Of a DNA stretch of 33,014 nt, positions 1 to 13,400 are shown one piece after another. Each line of letters opens with the position of its first letter. Position 1 is the first letter of the stretch. The position numbers and the translations under genes were made by a program. The DNA lies in assembly GCA_000934665.2 (NCBI GenBank), contig JYFJ02004332.1, positions 1 to 33,014 on the forward strand, written 5' to 3'. The notes beneath the pieces are model-generated. The model worked only from the letters and a program-made list of their open reading frames with translations, had not been told where the DNA came from and made no database searches. The stretch comes from Catajapyx aquilonaris (taxonomy: Eukaryota).

Positions 1-2039
1 GCATCACATATTTAAACAATAATCAAATTATGAATGAGCACCCAACATTACTGCATCTCGTGTTTCCCAACCAAATTTGGCGAAACTAAACTTCCTCGCA
101 GTTCATGACCATATATTCTATCTAACGGTAAGTAGGTCGAAAGCGACATAAAACAAAAGTATGAACCCCAGCACCTGTCCTGAGATGACCATAGAGCAGG
201 TCACATACTTCCACCACCCGAAATTCCTTTTCATCCTGAATCCTCCCATACTCCAAACAGCCCCCTCCTCCATTCCTTGGCTTCCTAACCATAACCGCCC
301 CGGATTATTTATGCATGCGAGGTCAGGTCTCCAGCTCAAAGTACAGCATTCAGGTGGAGATGAGGCCGACTGCTGCGGTTAGATGTGGTACCCCCCAAAA
401 AAAACGTCCTCCGGAACATAGCGACAGCAGTAGAGCCAACATGTTCCGAGCACAAAAGAAAAGTGAATGATGGTCAGTCGAGAGCAAATTGGAAAAAAAA
501 ATAGTGCACATCCTATACTAGTGGGGATAGTTCCCAATTCGAGTTTTCTGAGGAGTGCTGGCGTTTCGAGGTTCTTTTTGGCGATCCGGTGGGTATACTC
601 TCTCCCTGTCGTGTCATTCAGGCCCAATGGAAGATAATTGGATCAGACCAGACTCACTTTTGCCACCGGGAGGGGTTTTCAAGCGTCATTTCAGATCCCA
701 GACTGTGGGAAAAGAGGTTTGCCCTCGGATTCTGTAGCAACATGGGGGGGNGGGGCTTCCACGTGGAGTGTCTTTTTTTGGGGAGTCCTATATACTCGCA
801 GGAAAATTAACAGGCGCGCTACTTGTTAGGGTTTCTTTCAGAGAAGGCTGGAATTCAATGCTTTGGCTATAGGAAAAGAACAGCAATTAGTTGAAGAATA
901 GAGTACTCTCCTGAAGGGTTTCAGGTCGTCACAATATCGTAAATTAAAATTTTGAAAGAGCACAGTGGACGTGGGAGTCGACAGTTATTGCGCCATGAAA
1001 TCACCAAAATAACATTTACCTTGCGGCACCGCTTAATTTCATCATTCTCTGCGAATCCTATTCAAACCACTGTGGCATTGTTAAACTAAACCTTAACAAA
1101 CTTCTGTCAGCTTGTTAGCCATAAAATATTTGTAGCGTATTAATTATTGTAGATGTAGTTGGTTAACCCTAGGGCGAATAATTAGTTGGCAAGCAGTGCA
1201 TGAACCCGGCTAGAGTAATTGGCAGATATAAAATGATTATAATGTTGCGCTCATAATGTTCAACGGATAATTTGATGGTAATATGGGACTGTGTTGTACT
1301 GTACTGTAGGATCCATAATCTAGCATGTGGATTTCATGATCTAAATTTTGCCACGGTCTTCGGGAAAGAGTAGATTTCCTGCTTATATTACTGATTGAGT
1401 GATGTAACAGACTTAGGGCTAATACTAATTAGCATACCCTTACTCATGCTAATGAAAACTAGATTAACGCAATTAGCAGCACTACAGTTTGCAGATATTT
1501 ACAGTTCTCACAGCTTCAAGCACCAATGGTAAATCTGAACTCATTCTTATAGAAACTTCTTCAAATCCCCTAAAGCAAAGTAGGGCCTAGATTTTTTTTA
1601 AATACACCTGAATAAAAAATGCTTTCATACAGTATTTCAAGATATTTCGGGCTCTCTGCATCCGCCAATAACAAAGACTGGCAGGAAATACTGCGCTGAC
1701 TACCCAAGAGTCTATGCAATGGGTCGGGATAATAAACTGCATAAAACACTATTTGACTTCTGCATTATTTGAGTAACAATTTTTGGCGATTTTTGTTCTT
1801 CAATTTTGGCGTCAGAGGGCCCGTGCAACATACAGTATATTGTAATAGAATGACAACATTAATCTCCACAACCACACTTCCTTTCTCCTGCACTTACTAG
1901 TATAACCACAAGCTTAAGTCCTTTGTAAAAATGCCTACATCAGATCGGTGCAATTATCAACATTATCCATTTCTCCAGGCTACATATTATTCCTCTTACT
2001 ACCTTCTGCTTCATACAGGACACACATTCATATTCATAA

Positions 2040-2390
2040 ACTCGTTCATTCCGGATATATTTCTTTTGCCAACCTTCTACTCTTTTGTCTTTCTAGGAAG
2101 TTCAATCTCCATCATCCCAGATTCAACTCTATTCCCACTCATCTTCCTTCCTTCAGCCTACAATCTGCAATATTCTATCATCCTTCGTCTCCTTATATTC
2201 TACTCTCGTGTAGCACTCGCATCTGGTGCAAACACGTACTTGACGAAAATCAAGTCCATATATTCATGGAACATACGACAATCTCTCTCTATTTTTGCAA
2301 TGACACAATCATATCTCATGCCCTTTTGACCTCAATTTCAATCGGCGTATCCCTTCGTCAGCACCGCCAAGCCACGTCTGAAGCCTTTCA
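2040..2390 (-). mobile_element. Possible heavily decayed RTE-clade LINE fragment (ORF C-terminal region)
   Basis: The purine-rich minus strand translates with stops as ...ASATRE*NIRRRRMIEYCRL*AEGRKMSGNRVESGMMEIELPRKTKE*. From memory this resembles the RTE C-terminal pattern (IR..RLRWFGHV...MLEMELPG.RKRGRP). It would also explain the spurious stop-free plus-strand ORFs at 1931-2412. Confidence 0.35.
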
Positions 2391-3383
2391 ACCATCCTTC
2401 CACTTACCCTAATGAAGTTGAAAGCCTCTTATACCTCATTCAGTCAGGCTATTAAAAACCGAACGGCGTTAATTTGCATGTAAACTAATCTCGATTAGCC
2501 CTTAACCGAGTAGAAATGATCCCTCCGTAGTGGATGGGATATTAGAGCGTGGCTGGAGCGTCACGTTGACTTACAATCCTCACGCTAAAACCGCTTTCAT
2601 CGCCTAATATCAGCCACACCCCCCTCATCCCAAACTAGATTGATTTGAAAATATAATTTCTATCCGCCTGCTCGGCGAGCCTCATCTAATAAAGTGCGCA
2701 GCATTTCCTTTCCACACGGGGCTTTCTCAGCTCAAGGTGATTGCCTTCTCAAGAAGAAGGAAATGGAAAGATCTTCAGTCCAACGTTAGGCACTCACTCG
2801 AATATTCCACATTATTATTTGTAGTTTTATAAAAATTATATTAACATGCTACCTGCTAGGCCTATCCGCCATTTTAGTGGGAAGCACACTCTTTGCAAAT
2901 GGCGTTCTTTGCAGATTCTCGCCCATGTTTCAGGCTTGACATGTTGGCCAAATTTGAAGCCAACCAGGCCAGGCTGATTCGACTTATTTCTTTAGGAGCA
3001 AGCTTGCAAGGCGGTCGACTTTGCATTAAGAGCGCACGTCTCTCCAAGGCTGGGAAGGCCGCTTAGAGGAGGAGAAATTGCGAGCTTAGGACCGACATGG
3101 GACAATCGATTCCACTTTTGCATTCGCTTCTGATTCTTGGCTTCAATGCCGCCTTCGAGAATACCTTGAAACGCGCCGACGATTTTGTCTGCCTTCTTCT
3201 TTTTTATATATATAACCCCCTTCTCTCTATACTTCAAGGGAGGTCCTCTCCCGCATTTTCTCAGTTGGAGAATTCGGCTTTATCTCTCTCTTTCCTCCCG
3301 GAACTCAGCTTTGACGGTTAGAGTACTCACTCGTGATTAAATAAGGGGAACGGGTCAACATCCGCCGTTTGCGCCACTTGATC

Positions 3384-3408
3384 GGGGGGGGGGGGGGNGG
3401 GGGGGGGG
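3384..3408. repeat. Poly-G tract containing an ambiguous base (a shorter one lies at 744-755)
   Basis: Direct read; the N indicates assembly or base-calling uncertainty. Confidence 0.85.
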
Positions 3409-4529
3409 CTGGATTCTGGGAGATGGAAGAAATGACGAGGTATAGGGCGTCCCTGTCTGCCTTCTGTCGACGTGGGAAACAGGGTGTCAGATTGTTCGCG
3501 TCCTTCAAGTGCCAGCAACTCGGGTCGAAATTGTAGCTTTCAGCTAAGAAATGTTGGCCCAACATGCATCAAGCTTAGATTTACATGAGAAGGTAAAAAA
3601 GTTGAATGAAAAATATTACGCTATTACACTGTGCGACACACGCCAATTAACAGTTGTTTAATATTCTAATGCTATTTTATGCTGTCAAAAATTCCCACTT
3701 TTTAATTCAATTTTCTGTTCATTATAGAGCGGCACAAAGTTAGTAATTCTATCATAAAAGTGAGTTTTGGCAACACTGACGTATATAAATTGCTGCATTA
3801 TTCATACACTATATCGTTGATTCCCAATATAGATTATTTTCTTACTGACAGTTCAATTGGAGAAAAGAGCCAAAGAAAAATACTGTAATGTCCCTACAAG
3901 CCGACTTATAGTAAAGGCTGGCATGGTTTTGCACAATAAAAGAAATCACAATTTCCATCTCCCGAATGAAGATATCAGTTTTCATTTCGCACAAAACGCC
4001 CAAGACCACCGAGTTTGTATTGGCTATTATGCGGGCGAGGTCGGATATTCACATGATTCATCTTGGTTGAAATGCTGATACTTTGGAGATAGGGGCTGTC
4101 TATCCGGAAACGACCTAATTACAGTTTATCTCATGTCTACAGTAATAGCGTGTGTGTGTGTATATTGCATAGTGCACTGTATTCGATCCCATGGAAACGG
4201 CTCGGATCGTTACTGAGATAAGTATACCGATACTGTGTACACGGTATCACTGCGTCGATTTTATGAGGTTTAGCACCGCGCCGGTAACAAAGGTTAATCC
4301 TTCATCAATGATTCATTTTTAATTATGCCTTAATCTCTGATCGTACAGCAGTCCTTAATAATACCACGTAAGCAGTCAGATCAAAAAAATTGTAATAAAG
4401 CATTAATTTTATAAAAAATTACTTCTGACTTATAATTTAATAGTCGTATTATTAATAATTAAAATGAATTTAAGTGCCACTAGACGATATTAAGTTCCGC
4501 CTACCACAATCCCACAAGAACTCTCCCCA

Positions 4530-4558
4530 AGTGACGTCACTAGTCCGCGTTGACGTCG
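4530..4558. promoter_or_regulatory. Paired CRE/ATF sites
   Basis: 12-bp palindrome AGTGACGTCACT (full TGACGTCA) plus TGACGTCG 19 bp downstream. Confidence 0.35.
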
Positions 4559-7500
4559 CAATAAGTTTCCTGCGAGCTAATGAAACAGTAAGCCCCAAGT
4601 ATCAATTGGGGATTACACCCCCTGGATTAAATCTACATGCAACACCCACAAACACTGACCACAACTACCTCTAATATCCCTCTGGTTCCTCCACCCCGCA
4701 TTCCCTATGCACCATTAAAGCCTTCCCCTTTCCATCTTAGATGCTTCCCCCAATAAGTTGGCTCATTAGGGCCGGCCGCAGGTGTGAAATAGGAAGCCTT
4801 CTAGAGTGAGCCGGATGAGGGGGTACGGGCATCTGCAACCCTCTTAGTGTAATCGTCCCTTACTATCCTGGAGGCCAATGACTGCCGGAGATTGGGTCAT
4901 CTCAATGAACTATTCCGCTTTTCCACTGCATCTGCAACTTCCCCAGACGACATCTGGGCACCGTTCCAGATGATGGAGCCAGATGGGACCAAGAAGACTC
5001 GTCAGCTCCACCACTAAAACCCTCTTTTATTCGCATTGTAAATGTGGAGGTAACCATATTCCGCACTAATTTCCGCCGCCATGCCGATTCTTCTGCTAAA
5101 GGTACGATACCATCGTGGAGTAAGTTGCAGAGGGATGTGGCAGGGCAGGAAATGGCGTTTACAGTTGCCTCATGATTAGTCTGGTAGGGAAGAAGGGTGG
5201 GAAACGAGCCGAAATCCCCCTGGCGACCATTACTGTTCGAGAAAGACAACTAGTAAATACAGAGTCTGATCAATAGTGATACTATCACCTTCCATGATAA
5301 AGTGGTGTTGACTCGTTCCACATTCGTCCTTATACAGGGTGATTCAGGGATGATTCGTAATGATACAAACTTCTAGGGAAAATTAATGAATGAGTAGATT
5401 ATTAATAAACCAATTGACAATCCTACATTTATTAAAATATCATACTACTGTACTAATCCCCTTATTCTCTCCGTCTTCTTATATGTCCGTGTTGACTCAT
5501 CGCCTATAGGTAGTATAGTTACCGTAGTTTTCACTTTCACCGTTCAACAATATTAAAGGACAGCATATATCGGTCCGAGAGGGTGGGACCCACTTCAATG
5601 GTGGCGAGACACGCGCTGGTTATAGCGCCCTGGTGGACTTTGTCCGCGGGGTGGCTCATCACCAACGTGCACGTAGTACTACTTCCCCCTAAGCACGACA
5701 GTAGTGTGCAGAGGGACAGCCTATGAGCCAATTGGTAGGGGTCTATCGTACTACGTCCAAGTTGGGGGATGGGCCAAGCAGTGTTGCCAAAATTTGCCAA
5801 CGAGTCCGCTAACTATTGCCGGTATAGAAATATCGAAATGTCTAAGTCATTACAAAGCACCCTGATGCTACAGCCACCCAACCCAGCAGGAACTAGCGTA
5901 CCAGTTTGTTTTTCGATAAATTACTAAATTCCATGCAATTTTAAAGTCAATTTGCACGAAGCCGTGATACATTTCGTTCATACCAGGAGCCGGAAAGTAT
6001 ACTGGCTGTTCTGAACCGGCATGATTACACGGTTCAGTATTTTTTTATAGACCACTTAACATCAATTTAATAGCCGCTGGTTGTTGGCTGATATGAGAGC
6101 TCGATTAGCTAAACCCTCCAAATGAACCTATTTTTATAGCACTGCCAACAAAAGCCATGGCTCTTCAGCTGTTATAGTCTCGGAACGAAAAAAAAAATTT
6201 AAAACGTGATTAAAACCGAAGACCCGACTGACTCACTTTTACCTCGTAAAAAATGACTTCCCTCTCTCACACTAACAACACCCTGTCGATACCATCCCCT
6301 CCTCGACACCCCCTCCATAATTCTAAGTGCAAACCAAAGCAGATAAAAGCTGCCATGGGCTGAATATCTGTTCCGATATTGAAAAAAGGTGATGCTGAAA
6401 AGTAACAATGGCGCTCAAAAACAGAAGGCGAGAAGGAAACCGGGGAGGGAAAACCGGGGAAAAGCTGTCGGAAGGCTTAGAGATGGATGCAGGAAATTAA
6501 TAGATAAGGGGGGGAAAGAGGCAGCCATTTTCGTTGGCACGAAAGCTGCTGGAAGCTAGGGGAGGTGGGGGGAAGGAAGAAGGATTGATGTGCAAGAGAG
6601 AGTATTAAGTCTAAAACAAAATGCCCCCCACGTTTAACTATGCAATGCAAGAGCTGTTTCCATGGAACGTAAATTGTAACATTTGTTTGTGTTGATGTTG
6701 TGCCTTGCTTTTCCTTGCTGGGAAAGGAAAGACGAGCAAGGAAAGGTGGCCTTTCATTATACCCAAGTGCTTGTTATAAACTGTGGACCAATTTCTCATG
6801 TACAGTAGTAAAACCCGCCCTCAACACCTAATGAATGTGGCTGTAAATTATTTTTTAAAGGGCAGTTACCAAATTGATTATCAATTTCTTGGGAGGGGAA
6901 AAGCTTTTAGCGCCAGATATGAATTGAGTTTTACTTCGCCACACAGTCTGCTTCAGCTCGGACTAAGATGATTGGTAGCCAACTTCCATAATCATGAAAT
7001 AATGTCGTGTCTAAGTAATTAAGTGGGCATGGATAGGTGCTATTTGATTTTTAAAATAGTCCATCCTCCCGTGCACCAGAGGCGCTGCATCTCCCCGTTG
7101 AGCAGGCGCAGAAGGGGGCCAATCGGAAGCGTCCCGAGAACAATATGCGGCGGGCCAATCAAAAGAAGGATTTTAATGTTATAAATGGAATCCCCTGATC
7201 ACAGTACAGTCACCACCAACATTAGGTGTTAGAGTTTGACCACGTAGCTGCCACAGTTTAGCTGCAATTCGCAAATTCCAACGCTCCTGCATGTACAAGC
7301 AATACCATCAATACATGTCTTGTCCGTGAACCCCACTTTAATTTCGAGCGACATTATTAACCCCCCAGCACAGCCTAGGCCACCGCGTTAATTAACCCAA
7401 GTGCGACCGAAAGTACGCAATTTTTTTACATAAACGTAACAGAGTTAGTCCGGATTACGTCCCCCCCATTTCTGATCGGATTTTAACGACGAGCCACAAT

Positions 7501-10224
7501 CAACGATAATGTCACGTTGGGGACACACGCGTTCACATATGCGAGGCGATGAACTTGACCTCTCCAACTAATGAAGATAAACATTGGTGCTGCCGCCGGG
7601 GCTAATTGCAACCAATTTCGGCTTGGGTTGGGGGTGCTATACAGGCAGTAGACAAGTGACGGCGATGAATGCTGGTGGTGTCGAGTCGAAGCCCCCGCCA
7701 AGTCTCCTGTGCCCTCCCCACCCATCGATCTCCAGAGAGAGGGTGGGATGTTTCTTAATGAAATTTTGGGGGCTTGCCTTCCGAGTATAGTCTCGAGAGA
7801 GAAGCTGAGACGAGATGTCACAGATATGCATTTGGGCGCTCATTCACCTCGACGGGGACAGACGACAGCCAATGGGGTTGAGAGCTAACTAAGCACATTG
7901 ATGCAATTTGCGAAGGGCCTTATATCCAAGCCATGTTGTATAACGCGGCAATTAACGGAGTTATCTGCGTTTCAAACAGGACCATGACGGGGAAGGCTAT
8001 CAAACAAAGCCATCTACATTTGCATTTTGCGCCCGTATATGTAAAGGTCGAGGGACTTGCCGAAAATCAAAGGATCCGTACGATCTGTGCGATCTCTCAT
8101 GGGGAAACTTTGGAGATTTTCTAATTGCCTCTTCACATCTGTTTAGCTCAGGGGGAAATTATGCTAATCTGCATGTCAGGAATTTTTTTCAATGATGGAA
8201 CCATTCGGCGGATAATGAGGATGCGAGCGTGTAAGGCTTCGGGGCTACAAAATACGCTTGGGGATATCCTCTGTATACGCTAGGGGGGAAATTATGTGCA
8301 TTATTAATAAATTAATCAGCACTTTTTCTATTAATTTTATCGCATTTTTAGAATAGTCATTAGGGACTGTCTACATTTAAAAGTGGTTTAGATGAAACTA
8401 TTTTTATACTGAAAATTTAAGATTACAGGTAAATGTATGGTTTCAAAGTTGCAGACTGTATAGCCCTGAAGCAGTACAAACTTACGTAAACCAAGAGCAC
8501 CATGCAGTACACGGGCCTGCTAATTAGTTTTGACGGAAAGTCCCTGAGACCCCCGCTGAGGGCTATTGCAAATCTGTAGGATGTGTTCATAGTCACGCTC
8601 GCAATCCTAGACGTAACAATCGGAGTATTAATTTCATTAAGTGCCTTCGCCTCAATAATCGTAAAAATATATATATAAACCACTTGCAATATTCAAGGTC
8701 TGCAAAAATTCACCAGTAAACATTAAACGACCAAAATTCTGCGGCATGCAGTAAAAACGGCGGGCATACAGTAATAAACTATCTTCGCCATATGAACGTC
8801 ACGATTATTCTAGGCACAAGAGAACTGCGACGCTTGACACGCCAGTGAAGAAAGGAGTCCACTGCAATTTTTTTATCAGGACGACTGCGGTGTGCCAAAG
8901 TTTGTATGAATTGCCCGAAGGTGATCTAGGGAATTTTAGCTTTGTGGACGTGATCCAGGCATTATTATTTATTTATAGAGGACAAAAGAGGATTCACATT
9001 AGTATGCATTAAAAGGCACAGTATTATCGAGGACACTATCCCAGAAGAAAAGCACTTGCAAGTGTCCTGAATAATATTGTGCTGATCGTACATACATTAA
9101 TGAGTTTGGTTGGAATTTTTGTGCTAACTTAGCTTCATCAAATATGGGCGGTCCAAAAAATAATACAGTTTAATTTAGATGATGAATCCGATTGCCTGTA
9201 GGCCTATTCTAACATTACTGAGCTGCACGCTTTTCTCGATTATCTCAATAGTGTCAAAAGTGGAAATGGATTTTATTTCCGGCCACCCCTTCAATTTATG
9301 CATGATCTAACTAAGCCAGGAAACTTTACTGGTGATTTATAGTCACCAGTGATCAACGACACACTCAGGTGTTATTTGGTGCATGGGGGGCATGCTGATA
9401 TCATCCGCTTTAATTTAAAAGTATGGCACTTCCTCCCCTTTATCGCAGCCCCTGCTCTTCCTATAACAATGGTCTCGACAACAGGCTATGCTACTACATG
9501 GGGCCCAGCCATTGCAATTACAACATCATTTGCATTTTTAATGATTAGATACCCAAGCTCGCTGGAATTGTTCCCTATCTGACATCATCTCTCACAGTCG
9601 CCGACCAAATTAACACCAGAACCAAAAATGACTACACTGTATAGCCGTTATAAATTCACCCCGAAAGTTGACTGGTATACCGAACCAGCCTGTAGATTTA
9701 TACCTATTTATTCATGAATTACATTAAAATACTGCAGATATCGTACTTCTTTAACAATTCCCTAACAAACAATTTGGTAAAGGCAACTAATAGAATTTCC
9801 GATCTCAACACGTGTGGATATAAAATCATATAAATTAGGACATGCTTATTGCTTGACGATATCGATGAACATCATACTGTATATAATAGACTCAGCTCTT
9901 TTCTGGTTATTCAGTAACACAAGGCAGAAGATTCCAACGTCATCATCTGCACCTAACACATATCACAGCACTTCTCCATGGTGGAAAGACTGCATTTTGT
10001 CTCAGCAAGATATACTGTAGATGGCTGAAGCGTGACGTGACTAACCCCATTCACCCCCCGACGGTGTTCTTATTACGGATAATACAGCAATATGGCCCGA
10101 ATCAAGCGGTTTTGCATCTGAAATACTTTAAACCGTCAGAAGCTAAGAGCAGCAGGAAGCTCTCCCACCATGTAGATAAGCTCCACTCCCTGCCTTGCTT
10201 ATTATTATAAGCTGAGGTACTTAC

Positions 10225-10429
10225 CATTTGCCTTATTTCTCCTATCTTAACGGCTCAAAATGGCCCGTGCCGGGATGGGTCACCGTGCTCTGAATGTGTG
10301 AAGCCCTCAGAAACATTCCGCCATGTCGTGCAGGCTTGTCTTGCTAACGTCCCTAAACGAGTTACGTTCTTGCCATGCAAAATGAAAATTGAAGGCTCTC
10401 AAAGACTCCAAGGAATGTCACTCCATCGT
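10225..10429 (-). other. Candidate 5'-UTR exon ending in a start codon (ATG|GTAAGT)
   Basis: Acceptor TTTTTTTCCAG (AG at 10431-10430). The exon ends GGCAAATG|GTAAGT, an insect-like CAAATG context. All three frames have stops shortly before the donor, so only the terminal ATG can continue into the next exon. Confidence 0.45.
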
Positions 10430-13400
10430 CTGGAAAAAAATCTTCATTGCAAATTTTATTTTTAAAAGGGTGCTCGGAATTCAAATGAGTTTACTAATGT
10501 GTCGATTCCGATGAATGGATACTTTCACATTCGTGCAATAATGTAATGAACAGTTCCAGAGAAGTTACAGGTGTGTGCCTTCAGGTTGGTACTAGTTTCA
10601 AAAAAAAAAATTGTTTTAAAAACGCGTACGGTGCATTCAATCCACCTCTCAGTACTCCGCCGAATCGATTCAAATTATCGACTGGCTCTTTGGAAGTGCA
10701 AAAATTGCCCTACTCTCACATAGTATAATCACACTCTTCATACAGTAGGCCTACATACCCATACCAAAGTGAAAACAAAATCTATTTAGGCTTTTCGCAC
10801 TTATGAATTTTCCTGTACGTTATATTTTGAAAAACATTTGAAATTCAACCTTCAAGCCTTAGCACATCTCTTTTTGGCACACTTCACATTTCACAATCCA
10901 AATATCACTTCCAACTACTGCATAAGTCAAGCCCTCTCCAAAAAGTCCAAACCCACCACGCACCAGAAACACTACCAACCTGGACATCATCATTACGACA
11001 CGACTCGTCCGTACGGTTCATCGCACATCCCGTCGCATACAATTTATCACAAGTGTGTCGTAAAATGAGTTATCCTCATGCCAAGCGTCCCCCTATTCCC
11101 AGTTTATGGTCCGACCGGCAATTGGCGACGCGCGTGAGGTCAAAACAAGCCTCTCCATCTCTCTTCTCTCCTAACACCAATGTCCAGGAAGAAGGCAAAC
11201 CCCCTCTCCTCTGGATATAAAAAAAAAGGTCTGACGTAGATTCATGATCTTCCTTCAGGGCTATAAAACGGACGCCATGTTGAAGGCTAATTTTTCCATC
11301 CCCATGTCAGTTCTTCCTAAACGGCAACAATGCTTCAATAAGCGATCAGTGTTGGCACTATTGAACATTTTCTTTCCCCTCCATTGCACATCCAGCCTCA
11401 TTTGTCATGCACACCTGCCCTCTGCAGGGATCGATTAGTAGTCACACTGAATGAATGGGGCGTCGCATTTTTAAGTACATCGCAATGACACCCTTTTCAT
11501 CGTGTCGGATGCATGGAGGTGTGACGTATATTCAAATTTTCGACCCCCCCAAAAAATTATTTATGCACTGCAAAAAATTGGCGGGGTTGGGTAACATTGT
11601 GAGCCCAACATGTGTGATTATCTGGCGGCGTAAGCGATTATGAATTATTAACACATGAATATGGAGTGTTTACTTACATGTATTATAATGTGGGAGAAAC
11701 GTCGGTCTGCCTGAGTGCAAATTCATGATCCGGTAGAGTCCTCGCAGCTCAATGGAGATACGCAGGAATTAACGGGGGGGGCTGGGGGGTAGGGATGGTG
11801 GTTAATATTCATGGCGTCAGTGTGTGGTTATCATGCCCAGGGAATGGAGCTGTCGGAGTCACGTGTGCTATAGTTTTTTTTTTAGAAAAAACTGCGCTAA
11901 TTTTAGGTTCCAAAGGTGGGCTCGCCCGAAGTTTTTAAATCACGTCAAGTAATGAAACGATAACAACTTTTAACGAATGTGGGTGCTACCAACCAAGAGT
12001 AGGGAATGGCAACTATAACATGAGAGCTCATTTAAATTGAACCTACTTTACACTATTAATCCAACTGACATCCTCCAAATTGCAAGACCACCCTCGATTC
12101 TATCTACTACATAACTTGGGCTTCTCCAAAACCAGGCGTAGGACACCTAAATGGAACCCGCTTCCTTCTGGACATAATTTCCTGATGCATGTCCGCACGC
12201 GTCCGGAGACCTCTCCTCCTGTGACATAAAGCCACTGGGGGTCGTCTTCGTGAGACGACTCTCTGATGTCTCTATTACCCTCTTTAACTATAACACCCCC
12301 CCTTTTGCCCCCCTAGACCTCTATCCATTTTTCATGGTCCTCCCGGCATCACACGGCAATAACGTAGTGTTGCACTGCAGAAATGGCATGTGCGTGGGTA
12401 AAACTACCAGAGGGGAGGCCTACAAAAAAAAAATATTTCAAAATGCTCTATAGGTTTTAAGACCCTTTCCAGATATGGCTGCCATCACCTTTCAACTCGG
12501 CTTATTTTTTTGGCACGCTATTTGGTGACCTTTAACGCCCGGGTTGCCCAGTTCGGAAGCACTTATCTGACATATCTGGTTTAATAGACTCGTGCAAAGT
12601 TTTCGTGCCCTTTTTTTAGGTACGGGGCTAGAAGGTCTGAGGAGTTGCTACGAAAATGCTGGTTCAACACCCAGAAAAGGAGGTTGTCTCATCATCAGGA
12701 GTTGGTATGAGTCTCCTCAATTTCCGCCCAGAAAACAGGTTTCCTTTTTTTTCTTCTTCTTCCAACCCTCACTGTACGGTACATAGCTAGGGTTGTATAT
12801 AAGCATAGGGTGCTAGAACGACAAAAAGGGCTCGTAAACGAGCCGGAGGGAAAATGCTTCTCTTTTTTTTTTGCAACAACCTTCTCCCTGGCTTTCATCC
12901 TTTCCATTCTGCAAAATCGCGGAAGGCTCCTATGTCCTGCTCGTACGAATGGCTTTTTAGACAGAACTTTTTTTTTTGGGGGGGGGGGGCGTGCATTTTC
13001 CTCTCTTTTTTTTACCTGCCAAGAATCTCGGATTTTTTTGGGAGGAAATGGTGGGCGTTCTTGAACCGGAATTTTGTTAACGTTAACAGATGGGGAGACA
13101 GAGTTTTTGATAATAGTTTTTTTTGTTGCGATTTGACCTACCCAATTGCATCCAATGTAAAGTACTATGTAGCTTTAATAAAAAGCTGACACTGACACAT
13201 GTAATGCTACTCAAAATATACACTGAAGCGCCTGCGTTATAGGCTGTCCCGCAATACGACAGAGTCACAACGGTTATCTAACGGCCAGGATGAAACGCTC
13301 TGTCCAAGGTCATTTCCAACATTGTGCAACTGTCACGTCAAAGACGCGACTTGATTAATGCGAGGTAATTAGTCTCAAAATTGGCCCCATCTTGTGTCAA

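Noticed and set aside
118..376. Minus-strand ORF with a hydrophobic C-terminus as the common coding exon or a micropeptide
   Set aside because: The acceptor lacks a polypyrimidine tract, there is no recognisable homology, and ORFs this size arise by chance.
1931..2412. 132-aa and 154-aa plus-strand ORFs
   Set aside because: Low-complexity pyrimidine-rich strand with non-ATG or weak starts; likely the antisense of a decayed retroelement.
5333..5865. Mariner-like MITE starting TACAGGGTGATTC with a partial inverted match at 5847-5865
   Set aside because: The inverted match is short, gapped and offset from the terminus, with no right TA; too weak to call.
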